Below the pieces are notes generated by a model, which saw only the letters and a program-made list of their open reading frames with translations, had not been told where the DNA came from and did no database searches. Positions 49,717 through 62,405 of a stretch of DNA of 64,000 nt are shown here, one piece after another. The stretch lies in assembly GCA_965203295.1 (NCBI GenBank), contig CBDBCZ010000013.1, forward strand, positions 544,001 through 608,000, written 5' to 3'. The DNA is from Nitrospirales bacterium (GTDB lineage: Bacteria; Nitrospirota; Nitrospiria; Nitrospirales; UBA8639). Both the position numbers and the translations under genes were made by a program. Each line of letters opens with the position of its first letter. Positions within the stretch are counted from its first letter, which is position 1.

Positions 49717-52700
49717 TCAAGGATGCCTGTACTTGAGTTCAAATTCCTCAGACTGATCACTGAGTGGCTCTGTCTCTTCCAGTAGGTTGCAGAACCGACC
49801 AATGCATAGTATGATCTCCATCACAATAAAGATGATAACCCACATAGCAAGGAGTGCTAGCCAAACAGCCCAGACTGGTACTGGAGGAACCACTAGGAAC
49901 ACACCGAGGGTGACCTGGACAAGACCGATGAAGACGACTGACAGCCCCCAGAATCGATGGATCCTTTCCCAGATCTTGCGGTATGTACTATTAGAGCCAT
50001 CTTTCTTTATGTGGGGATGGCTACATGCCAGTAAGAGAGTATAATATGCAGCTAAAAGACAATATCCTATGAGTAGAATATGTTAGGCTTACAATATTCC
50101 AATGAAGGGTTGAATGATGACCAGAGTTTCAAGGACAATCCCAATGATGGCATGAGGGTGAGTGGGCTCTGTTGTAGTTCCAAACGGGAATATCACAACA
50201 AAGGCCGGCATTGTAAATATAACACCCAGGACCTGCAGAATACAACAGATTCGTATAATATGTATACTCTTTATGAGATAATCTGCTACTGTAAAAAGGC
50301 GTTACCTACCTGAATGCTGGCATGACTGTAGAACCAAACTTTGGACATTGAGCATCGGAAGTAGCGAGCAATGATGAAGCCAGTGGGGAAGAGGATGCCA
50401 AACGCAACAGCCATCAACAACCCGTGGAGGTGGAGGTAGCTGAACCATTCTCCATCACAGCTCAAGGTCTCTGTTTGAGCAGGATCGCCACGCAGGAGCC
50501 AAAGGTCATCAAGTCCCACATTACTGGGCAGTAGATATACCAAGCATTAATTTTTTTCGCAATAATTGATTCAGAAGGACCTTAAAATGCCTGACTTACT
50601 CTGAAAGCCTCTGTCCACCGTAGAGATAGACATCTCCATTTGGGCCTGCAGCCATCATGTGACGTTGCCGGCGGTCAGGATATGCATCAGGCACTGCAGC
50701 CTAATGAGAGAATCATGACAATGTATCATTCGTACATTTATACCGTACTAACACAGTATGGTACTATTGTGTCAATGATACGTATTAGGTGGTCCCAGGC
50801 TTCCGAATGATAAGTATGCTGTATGTGTTCATTACAACTGGCAGCAGGAAACAATAATGAGGACACGAGTGTCTACGCCAAGGAAGGTCTGCAGTATTAT
50901 ATGGTTGAACAAGTGGCCTAATTGCACCTATGACTCTATCACAGGAAGCATATCATAGCCTGAAGAGTAATGGGGAGATAGAAAGCGACAATGCATAGCA
51001 GAGTCAGGCTGGCAGTGCCACCCCACACAGTTTCTTTGTAAATATGACTTGGTATAATGAGTGAGCAGTTACCATTTACTGTAATAAGTGTACACCCATC
51101 CAATCATAACAGACAAGGATCGTGTGGTTCTGTGCATTTATGTCTATTATACTAGATATCTTAAGCTGAAGGCTTAGTTTAACCTAGCCATTGTTGTCTC
51201 AGTTTCAGCTTCTCTATTATAGCTATTTTGCATGTGCACTCATTGACGACTGCATGAGGGACATGTAATGATGACCATAACACCTAATTCTGGGGAATAT
51301 TTTTTTGACAGTGAGTGGTTTTGGTGCCAACAGAGGCCACCTTACGTTTCTTTTAGGATATGCCGACTCCCCTACAGATGAAGGCTTTACAGGTATGCCT
51401 TCTTTTCTTGAAGTGTCCCACATGCAGCAATATGTTACCGTTAGAGGGAACACAGATAAGTATACATGTACAGGTAATACACATAGCTATGAACTAAAAT
51501 TTTTTGCTCTTTTTCTGCTATATACATTCCATAGTAATGGATCTCTCTCATACTCAGCTCACTTGGCTAGTGGTGCATGCAAGTGCTCAGGTGACTAGTG
51601 ATGAGCATGTTATTTTTCCTCTACATTAGAAAGCAATGGACTGCATTGTACCAGCTTGTGTGCATGGAGTTCACTAAGCATTGTGACTATAGCCTTGTAA
51701 GTGCTTGTGTATAGTGATGTGCGCATGCATCAATGCCATTCAACAGCAACTTTGTTTCAAGTACAGTATGAAATGAATAGCTATTTCGATTATTATGGAG
51801 ACAGTGAACAAGGATTCACAATCAAAGGTAATTCATCACACTACTCACCTCGGTTCTGTATCTGGTCCAATCCTTCCCAACAACTGCTACCTCATACTCC
51901 GGCCAGTCTTTGACCTATAATCATGAGCAGAGTAAGGTATATTAATTAACTTAAGGATAACTTCTTTTTAATTATGGAATCTCTGAAGATGGAAAGATTT
52001 GTACACTGCAGTGATCAGGTACAAATATAACCACGATAGGTTGATGTAAATTTCCTATACAGGTGTCATGCAGTTCTTGTAGTTGTCAAGTTAAATGATT
52101 CATAATTATTATAAACTGACTACCAAGCTTTGAAAAAGGATCATAATTCTATTGATAGAGGCACCAGGTGGGTGGGAAAAGTTGGCATAATATTCTTAAC
52201 CCATGCATCATTCCTCATTCCTCCTGTGTTCTAAGGCTAGCTCAAGTGGCTCCATGACTTTGTTTTCAAATTCTTTTGTAATTGCATTTTCAAGGTGATG
52301 TAAAATTATTATAACCTATTTACCGAGACTTGAACCCGAAGCCTGTGAGTGTCTGACATCGAGCATGTCGAGGCAAATACAATAGTTACACACCGTAAAT
52401 AAAATGGACGGATTGAGAATTATGCCGCTGAGAATGAAGCGACAAAGGCTAATACGTTGTGCATTAAATTAGGATTACATCATACACCAGTACTATTTGC
52501 CACATTTAAAATTCACCAATATTAATTTCTAGCCGTTTCCCGCCGATTCGCCAAATTTAATGCTCGCAAAATTTTTCCGCTATACGGCCACTGCATGCAT
52601 CATAATCAAGCCCTTCCCTCTTCACATTCCTACAGCTCTTCCCTAGCTGTTACCTGTCAACCATGCAAGAGTGGGTGGTTTCCTGATGTGTGTCTAGAGG

Positions 52701-54539
52701 AAATCTATAAGTATATCCTCAACCACAACAATAACACTGCAGGTGTTTTTATGTTCAACTTAGCTTGCATGGGGGTTTAGATATAGAGCAACAACCCCAA
52801 AATCAGGGGCATATAGGCAGGAGTTTTAGACTTAGGAGACAGAGGCTTTGAAGTAGCCAAGTTTCCGGGAGAAGTGCAACAATAATTAATTTGTCATGAA
52901 CACCTGTATGCATACTTATAACAATACAAGTTCAATCAGGGTATCACAAATCATAATTTATAGTATTAACTCCACTCAGCAAGCATCTACAAGAGAGATT
53001 CATTACATTCCAGTTTTCCAAAACTACACCCCCAATAAGCAATCTAGCCTAGCAGGAAATTGAAGCGTTCCGTTGAATCATGGCAAATTGAAGTTTAGTA
53101 TCTTACACAAGCATGTCTCCTAACATTAACTCAACTGTATGTATACTGCACTTCAGGATTGCCCTCTCTGTGAGGAGGCGACCACCTTCTCGTTCTCTGT
53201 GCTAGTTTCTCATAAAGGCTTTGATTACCATAATCTAATAGCCTTGTTCCCAGGCCCACGACTTTTCTTGTTGCACAAAGTCTTTGTAAAAAAATCACAG
53301 GCCTGCATGGGAACGAAGCTACCAATCTATGCAGTTAAGATATGCTGCTGTGTTTTTAACATCATCTTACTAAGATGATGTTAAAAACACAGCAGCATAT
53401 AACCTAACTGCATGTGCACTGCTGTTCGTGCGTGCATGCTGTTACAGTAAACTTACGTGGATGATTTGCTCTGTGTGGAAGGAAGTTCCACCATAGAGCA
53501 CGGCTTTCCCAGGGTCATTGCTCAAGGGAGCCATCCGGCTCCAAGTTCTAGGGGAGATACAGCGAGGTAGCTCTGTCCACTTGTTGCGGTTAAAGTACCA
53601 ATTATCCTTGGTGGGACACGGACCTCCAGCTGTTCCTCCTCTGCAGTAAAACGAAAGGAATGTCAGCTGTGTAGCTACTTTATTAGTATGAAGTGGCAAT
53701 AATATTATAATTATAGGAAACTGAATTTGACTGTAGATACTGCATCCAGACTTGCATTTGTGCATCCCAACCGTAATTTAATGATCCTATATCATTGAAA
53801 TGCGTCGGATATTATAGCGTTGGCTATATATAGCTACGTTTACATACCTCATACATCCCCCGAAAATTACCAGCTGTTCTGGGCGGACAACTGCAGATCC
53901 TTGCAGGCACCTCCCGTGTGGAGCCAGAGGATTAAACTGGTTTCCATTGCTGGGCTGCCCGAACACCCTCACCCAGGTAGCAGTGGTTGGACTACGGAAT
54001 ATCAGCTTGTAGGTGTCAATATACCGCGTAGCGTGGGTGGTTGTCAGAGTGAACCCTGCACCCATCCAAAACTCGTTTGTTGCAGGCCCGTAAACTGCGC
54101 CGAAGTGCCCTCCATAACGTATCGGTGGAACGGGGCCATCTGTAGTCACTTCACTCCACTGCCTGGTAACGAAGCTGAACGCCCACGTATCACCGTATTC
54201 GTCCGCACCTGTACCATGCGACACTACAAACACCGATTCGCCACTAACATTCACGACTCCATAGAAGGAATAGAGTCGACCCAGCGGTGCCGAAGTAGTG
54301 TCGACTTCTTCCCACATGTTAGAATCTACGTCGTACCACCACGTATCGGCAGACAAGGTCCCACTGACACTGCCTCCAAATAGGTTAGAAACGCTGTCGT
54401 AGCCGAAGGCTCCTCCAATTCGTGCTCCAGGCGACTCTGCTGACAGAGGCGTGATCCGCGTCCAAGTGAGTCCCTGCGCTCTGCACGCGGGCGCAAAGGC
54501 ACAAAAACTAACACACGTTAACAACAACAGAGACTTCAT
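49717..54539 (-). CDS. Signal peptide + Kelch-like beta-propeller + cytochrome b561 (FRRS1-like) membrane protein, 7 exons, ~566 aa
   Basis: Exons 54539-53848, 53640-53457, 51914-51849, 50700-50600, 50523-50310, 50232-50093 and 50020-49717 join in frame. Signal: MKSLLLLTCVSFCAFAPACRA. Kelch features: PGARIGG..FGG..ADTWWYDVDSNMWEEV, GDTWAFSFVTRQWSEV, VIFGG, VLYGG, VYLYGG..LDDLW. Four b561-type His positions: HGLLM..FGILFP.G..IARY, WFYSH..IQ, HAIIG..IQPFIG, WERIHRFWG. Confidence 0.85.
53340..53400. repeat. Perfect inverted repeat with 30-bp arms and a 1-nt loop, in an intron of the Kelch-b561 gene
   Basis: atatgctgctgtgtttttaacatcatctta c taagatgatgttaaaaacacagcagcatat. Confidence 0.9.
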
Positions 54540-57495
54540 ACTAACAATATGCAAAAGGAGGAAAAACAGCGACTTTATTAAAGCTAGTTCTTGTGTCGCG
54601 GTATTTGCATACCTATCCCCGGCCCCTTGGCTAGACACGGCGCATGGCGTGCCGTGAGTCCGCGACTTCCGTTTGTGCATAGATACTGGAAAGAGGCCGT
54701 GATACTGATTGGAAAAACCACAGTGCAATATTGTACTGGCTTTAAAAATGATGTCAGTCCAACAACAGCGGCTTCAAGGGTTAAAGCGGCTTGTGAGCGA
54801 GGTATTAAAGGTATGCGAAATGCGGTAAGTACCCGACATAAGCACCACGCGTCCTCCTTGCAAAACGCGGCTGCTTCTTTCGCGCTCTGCACTTGCTGTG
54901 ACTTCTGACACTTTCACTCTCTCAAGAACACTACACTACCGCGGCCTGGCTCCTTCACTTGGCCACGCAGCAGCAAATCTCTAGGAGGCAGTCTGCAGCC
55001 TAAGCTAATACCGCACTAGAAGGGTTAACTTGATAATTATTATTGTGAAACTTGCAGATGATACTGACAGTCTGTGATTGTTTTTTCTCCAAATGGTCCA
55101 TGCATCACGGAAGGAAGGTTAGTTTAAATGTGAAGGCAACGTCTGTTGAGTAGAATTACAATTAGCTACTTGGGAGTGTACGTTTCTAAATCTTTACCCG
55201 TAGCTACACTTGGGAGTGTAGATATCTTGCATTGTGCATGCCATTAGTATGTAATAAGGCTGTACAACTCCTAATATCTGTGCATGAGTAATAACATCTA
55301 CCTTCCCAGGTGCACAAATGGTGTTTCATATAGGAACAGTACCCTCGGGACGGACTTTGGTGAGATTAGTAGGGGAGAGGAGAAGATTCCTCACTAACAA
55401 ATCTTGTACGGGAGATAGCTACTATTGTGGAGATTGCTTATCGCTGTGGATTCACTTGCCAAATGGAAAGTGTGCATGTGTTTAAATTAGCAACATGGTC
55501 TTTTGCTGGGTATTCCATCTCCATGCGTGCACATATTTGTAGTAGATAGCACAGATCTTAGATAACCCTTTGTGCATTGCAACTTGATCTCTCCTAAGAG
55601 GCACCACTGAAGGGGGGAGAGCACCCTAAGACTGTACGTACTTTCCCAAGAGTGCATACCATGTAAATTCTAATTATTCGTTCAAATGAAATAATCTCAT
55701 TTTGGGTTGACGAATTGATTGAAAGGACTTTTTTATGAGCGGTGGCGAATAAATAGAAGATTAGTCTGAAATACTGACAGCATGTCTGAGCATTGTAAAA
55801 CATTCAATAGACAACACGGCAGGCACTTCTATTACACGGGCCAGGAACTCTTCATGCTCTCTTCCACTTTTGCTACTTCTGCAGACTACAGTGCTCAGCA
55901 GTGATAACATATCAACAAACGTGCGCGCACACAGCAGACAAAGATCTTGGCTATAAGCTTATGTACACACGCTAGTCTTCATAAGAAACAGCATGTGCAC
56001 AGGTAAGTTGGGCCGCCTCCTTGTCCTTGGTGCGGCTTTCTGTATCAGCTAGTCACACTCATGGGCATTCCTGCTGACGTACTCATAAGTAATACTGCTA
56101 GCATGTAGCAGCTGGCAAATATTAGAAAAATATTTCAAAAAGGGCCCACAAATTTGTTGGAAGAAATAAATTGTGGAAAACTGGGGTGTGCCAAATAATT
56201 AGAGGGCGAAAAATTAGAATTTCTACGGTAAATATAACAATTGATTTTTCATAGTCATCCAAACTATAAATACATTTATATAGTTCTTAGCTGGTCATAG
56301 TGATAATGCTATAATACTCCTAAAATCTATGCTTAAGCGATAATTTCCACCTGTGCAGGTGTACGGTGCTCCTCACAGGACTGGTGCACTGCAGTTTGAA
56401 ATTGCTGCGGATCTTTTAGGAGAGCTTTACAGGTAAGAAGAGAAGATTCCTTGCTAGCAAATTTTCCCATCTCATACCAGAGATAGCTACTATTGTTGAG
56501 ATGTCTTATGGCTTGGAATTTTCACTTGCTCAATGGAAAATGCGCAATGGTGCTTAAATTGCCGCATTTTATTGCATTAGCACCATGTGTCTTTCGCACG
56601 CTATTTTCATTTCCTAATTTCTCATGCATCTGCATGCATGCATGTATTTGTAGTAAATGACAGAGCTTTGATACTTTGTGTGTTACCACTTGAATTAGGC
56701 ACCACTTAAGGGGGGGAGCACCATTAGACTCTATGTACTCTCCACATAATTGATTTTTGTAGTCTCTCAAACTATAAATCCATTTAACTAGTTCTTAGTA
56801 AAAATGCTGTAAAAAGTGTGCATAAGCGATAATTTCCATCTGTGCAGGTACGCATGTGATGTTCTGCACGAGACTGGTGCACTGGAGTTTGCTCGAGTCT
56901 TGATCAGATTCACAGGTGAGAAAAGAAGTTTCTTTGCTAACAATCTTGTGCCAGAGATAGCTACCGTTATGGAGATGTCTTGTGGCCGGGGATTTTCACT
57001 TGCTCGATGGAAAATGTGCAATGGTGCTTAAATTGCCAACTTGAAGAAGGCATTCACATCTCTCCTAAGAGGCACCTCTTCAAAAGGGGAGCACCCTTAG
57101 GCTGTATGTACTCTCCACATACTTTTGTCTCAGTATCCGTTTTAAATACAATTCAAAGCTGGTCTTAGTAATGAGGCTGGAAAATCCTGTGCATGAATGA
57201 TTATTTTCACCTGCTCAGGTGTATGGTGTTCCTCACAAGACTGGTGCACCAGAGTTTGAAATTGCCGCGGGTCTGTGAATGATATTTGCAGGTGAGAAGA
57301 GAAGATTCCTAGATAGCAGTAATCTTGTACCTGAGATAGCTACTATTCTCAGGGCTGTGGATTTTAATTTGTGGGGTGGATAATGTGCAATGGTTTTAAA
57401 TTCATCAAATTAGCACCATGAGTCTTTCGCTGGTTATTTTCCTTTTTTTAAATTCTCATGCTGCAAATATTTGTAGTACATACATGATGCTGACT

Positions 57496-57690
57496 TTTGG
57501 GATTTTTAACCCCATCCAGATCAGGACGTGTTTCCGACCTCTCATGACCTTGCCCAACATCCTTGTCCTTCCGAAAGATCCAGTAATGTTGACCAGAGGA
57601 AGGGAGTCGTGCACCGAAACCCGTGTGCTGACTGTGACATCACCTGTGTTGGTCAGACACCATTCAATATGCACATCGGGAAGTAAAGAC
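57496..57690 (+). mobile_element. Penelope-like element fragment: linker and N-terminal part of the GIY-YIG endonuclease (frameshifted)
   Basis: Translation IFNPIQIRTCFRPLMTLPNILVLPKDPV / VDQRKGVVHRNPCADCDITCVGQT resembles the Penelope consensus ..IRT.FKP..TLR..LV.PKDPV....KGVVY.IPC..C...YVGQT. Confidence 0.75.
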
Positions 57691-59192
57691 ACCTAGGGGT
57701 CTTAAATACATTTAGGTCAGAGAGTTTTCACTCACTCTTTAGAGAATTTACAATGGTGCTTAAAGTGCCACTTTTCATCCCATTACATGTAGCACCATGT
57801 GTCTTTGCGGGCTATTTTTGTATCCTTGATCTCATGAATGCACATACTTGTAGTAGATGACTCAGATCTTTGAATCTTTGTACGTTGCATCTAGAAGAAG
57901 GGATCCATACTTCCTTAGGTGACACCATTTGTGGGCCGGGGAGGGAGAGAGCACCCGGAGATTGTACACACTCTCCACATAGAATTAACTATACCAGTAT
58001 CCAAATTAAAAATTCATCACACTAGTTCTTAGCTGGTCTTAGTAATGAGGCTGTAACGATCCTAAGAACTGTGCTTGAGTGTTGTTATCTTTAGCATGGA
58101 TGAATGTTAACAGTAATTAAAACCATCCATGATTGGATGACATTGACCTTCCACAATGCCCTCTGACCTTTAATGAGATTAAAAGGTGAGCAGAGAAGAT
58201 ACCTTGCTAGCAAGCCATCTAAACCTGTATCACAGATAGCTACTAATATGGAGAGGTCTTAAATGCATTTATGTCTGAGAATTTTCACTTGCTCTTTGGA
58301 GAATTCACAATGGTGCTTAAATGCCACTTTTTATCCCGTTAGCATCATTGTGAATTTCGCTGGCTATTTTCGCTTCCTAGACTGTCAATTATGCACATAC
58401 TTGTAGTAGATGACTCGGAGCTTTGTACTTTCGTACGTTGCAACTTGAAGAAGAGATTTACTCTTCTCATTGGGTGACACCACTAGTCGAGTGGGTGGGT
58501 GGGGAGCACCCAGAGATTGTATGCACTTTCCACATATAGTCTAATTACGTATGCCAGTATCCAAATTAAAAATCCATTTTACCTGTTCTTAGCTGGTCTA
58601 AGTATTGAGGCTGTAACAATCCTAAGAACTTTGCATGAGCGTTATTTAGAGCAGGTGAGGATAGAGTGGTGCTGACAGCGCTAGTTCTTCAGGGTTTGAG
58701 ATGCCCTCTGACCTTTAATGAGATTAAAAGGTGAGCAGAGAAGATACATTGCTAGCAAGTCATCTAAACCTGTATCACAGATAGCTACTAATATGGAGAG
58801 GTCTTAAATGCATTTATGTCTGAGAATTTTCACTTGCTCTTTTGGAGAATTCACAATGGTGCTTAAGTGCCACTTTTCAACCCTTTAGCACTATGTGTCT
58901 TTCGCTGGGTATTTTTATTTCTTAGATTGACATGAATGCACTAATTTACAGTCGATGACGCAGATCTTTCTTGCTAGCAAGTTTTCTTAACCTGTATCAG
59001 AGATAGCTACTATTGTGGAGAGGCCTTGCATATATGTATGGCTGAGAATTTTCACTTGCTGTTTGAAGAATTTACAATGGTGCTTAAAGTGCCACTTTTC
59101 ATCCCACTAGCACCATGTTTCTTTCTCTAGCTATGTTCGCTTTCTAGACTTTCATGAAGGCACATATTTGTAGCAGATAACTCAGATCTTTC

Positions 59193-59526
59193 CTTGCTGA
59201 GCATGCAATGGTAAAGCACCACAGCATTACATTGAGTGAGGTGGATGTTACGGATTCCAACCCTGGCCTTTAGCCAATGATGTACCATTCGGGTATGGCA
59301 CATCCAATCATAGCACCATCCCAGGAACTTGGTCTTGTCCATCAGTCCTACAATTCACTAATCCAGCCTCCACGCTGTACCTGACTCTATTCCCTGTTTT
59401 CTTTCAATCCTCATTTTCCTACTATCCTAATTATTCGCTCGTTTTTAATTATTCACTACTTCGCCTTGCTTCAAGCAGTACTTTTGTAACACCTCACTCT
59501 ACCCCTGATGATGACAGCTGCATAGT
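59193..59526 (+). mobile_element. Penelope-like element 3' fragment (C-terminal GIY-YIG region + 3'UTR + truncated hammerhead) inserted in the satellite
   Basis: Decayed translation LAEHAMVKHHSITLSEVDVTDSNP..CTIRVWHIQS..HPRN..GLVHQSYNSLI, then a pyrimidine-rich UTR ending in cccCTGATGAtgacagctgcatagt. Confidence 0.65.
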
Positions 59527-62071
59527 AATCTTGTACCAGAGATAGATAATACTGTGGAAACTGCACAATGGTGCTTAAGTGCCACTTTTTATCCCGTTAG
59601 CACCATGTGTCTTTCGCTGGCTATTTTCGCATCCTAAACTGTCATTAATGCACATACTTGTAGTAGATGACTCGGAGCTATGTACTTTCGTACGTTGCAA
59701 CTTGAAGAAGAGATTAACTCTTCTCATTGGGTGACACCACTTGTCAAGTGGGTGGGTGGGGAGCACCCGGAGACTGTATGCACTATATAGTCTAATTACA
59801 TATGCCAGTATCCAAATTAAAAATCCATTTTACTAGTTCTTAGCTGGTCTTAGTATTGAGGCTGTAACGATGCTAAGAACTTTGCATGAGTGTTATTTTG
59901 AGCAGGTGAGGATAGAGTGTTCCTGACAGTGCTAGTTCTCCAGGGTTTGAGATGCCCTCTGACCTTTAATGAGATTAAAAGGTGAGCAGAAAAGATACCT
60001 TGCTAGCAAGTCATCTAAACCTGTATTACAGATAGCTACTAATATGGAGAGGTCTTAAATGCATTTATGTCTGAGAATTTTCACTTGCTCTTTGGAGAAT
60101 TCACAATGGTGCTTAAGTGCCACTTTTTATCCCGTTAGCACCATTGTGTCTTTGACTGGCTATTTCGCATCCTAGACTGTCAATTATGCACATACTTGTA
60201 GTAGATGACTCGGAGCTTTGTACGTTGCAACTTGAAGAAGAGATTCACTCTTCTCATTGGGTGACACCACTTGTCAAGTAGGTGGGTGGGGAGCTCCCGG
60301 AGACTGTATGCACTCTCCACATATAGTCTAATTACGTATGCCAGTATTCAAATTCAAAAATCCTTTTTTACTAGTTCATAGCTGGTCTTAGTATTGAGGC
60401 TGTAACAATCCTAAGAACTTTGCATGAGTGTTATTTAGAGCAGGTGAGGATAGAGTGGTCCTGACAGCGCTAGTTCTCCAGGGTTTGAGATGCCCTCTGA
60501 CCTTTAATGAGATTAAAAGGTGAGCAGAGAAGATACCTTGCTAGCAAGTCATCTAAACCTGTATCACAGATAGCTACTAATATGGAGAGGTCTTAAATAC
60601 ATTTATGTCTGAAAATTTTCACTTGCTCTTTGGAGAATTCACAATGGTGCTTAAGTACCACTTTTACACCCTTTAGCACTATGCGTCTTTCGCTGGCTAT
60701 TTCCACATCCTAGACTGTCAATTATGCACATACTTGTAGTAGATGACTCGGAGCTTTGTGCTTTCGTACGTTGCAACTTGAAGAAGAGATTTACTCTTCT
60801 CATTGGGTGACACCACTTGTCAAGTGGGTGGGTGGGGAGCACCCGGAGATTGTATGCACTCTCCACATATAGTCTAATTACGTATGCCATTATCCAAATT
60901 CAAAAATCCTTTTTTACTAGTTCTTGGCTGGTCTTAGTATTGAGGCTGTAACAATCCTAAGAACTTTGCATGAGTGTTATTTAGAGCAGGTGAGGATAGA
61001 GTGGTCCTGACAGCGCTAGTTCTCCAGGCTTTGAGATGCCCTCTGACCTTTAATGAGATTAAAAGGTGAGCAGAAAAGATACCTTGCTAGCAAGTCATCT
61101 AAACCTGTATCACAGATAGCTACTAATATGGAGAGGTCCTAAATGCATTTATGTCTGAGAATTTTCACTTGCTCTTTGGAGAATTCACAATGGTGCTTAA
61201 ATGCCACTTTTTATCCCGTTAGCACCATTGTGTCTTTTGCGGGCTATTTTCGCATCCTAGACAGTCAATTATGCACATACTTGTAGTAGATGACTCAGAG
61301 CTTTCTACTTTCGTACGTTGCAACTTGAAGAAGAGATTTACTCTTCTCATTGGGTGACACCACTAGTCGAGTGTGTGGGTGGGGAGCACCCGGAGATTGT
61401 ATGCACTCTCCACATATAGTCTAATTACGTATGCCAGTATCCAAATTAAAAATCCATTTTACTAGTTCTTAGCTGGTCTTAGTATTGAGGCTGTAACAAT
61501 CCTAAAAACATTGCATGAGTGTTATTTAGAGCAGGTGAGGATAGAGTGGTCCTGACAGCACTCGTTCTCCAGGGTTTGAGATGCCCTCTGACCTTTAATG
61601 AGATTAAAAGGCGAGCAGAGAAGATACCTTGCTAGCAAGTCATCTAAACCTGGATCACAGATAGCTACTAATATGGAGAGGTCTTAAATGCATTTATGTC
61701 TGAGAATTTTCACTTGCTCTTTGGAGAATTCACAATGGTGCTTAAGTGCCACTTTTCAACCCTTTAGCACTATGTGTCTTTCGCTTTGTATTTTTATTTC
61801 CTAGATTGACATGAATGCACTAATTTACAGTCGATGACGCAGATCTTTCTTGCTAGCAAGTTTTCTTAACCTGTATCAGAGATAGCTACTATTGTGGAGA
61901 GGCCTTGCATATATGTATGGCTGAGAATTTTCACTTGCTGTTTGAAGAATTTACAATGGTGCTTAAAGTGCCACTTTTCATCCCACTAGCACCATGTGTC
62001 TTTCTCTAGCTATGTTCGCTTTCTAGACTTTCATGAAGGCACATATTTGTAGCAGATGACTCAGATCTATC

Positions 62072-62405
62072 CTTGCTGAGCATGCAATGGTGAAGCACCA
62101 CAGCATTACATTGAGTGAGGTGGATGTTACGGATTCCAACCCTGGCCTTTAGCCAATGATGTACCATTCGGGTATGGCACATCCAATCATAGCACCATCC
62201 CAGGAACTTGGTCTTGTCCATCAGTCCTACAATTCACTTATCCAGCCTCAACGCTGTACCTGACTCTATTCCCTGTTTTCTTTCAATCCTCATTTTCCTA
62301 CTATCCTAATTATTCGCTCGGTTTTAATTATTCACTACTTCGCCTTGTTTCAAGCAGTACTTTTGTAACACCTCACTCTACCCCTGATGATGACAGCTGC
62401 ATAGT
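62072..62405 (+). mobile_element. Second copy of the Penelope 3' fragment, amplified with the higher-order repeat
   Basis: Near-identical to 59193-59526 at an offset of +2879. Confidence 0.65.

Noticed and set aside
53131..53240. Possible extra exon of the Kelch-b561 gene
   Set aside because: No good donor, an in-frame stop follows, and exon 2 joins the 51914 exon in frame without it.
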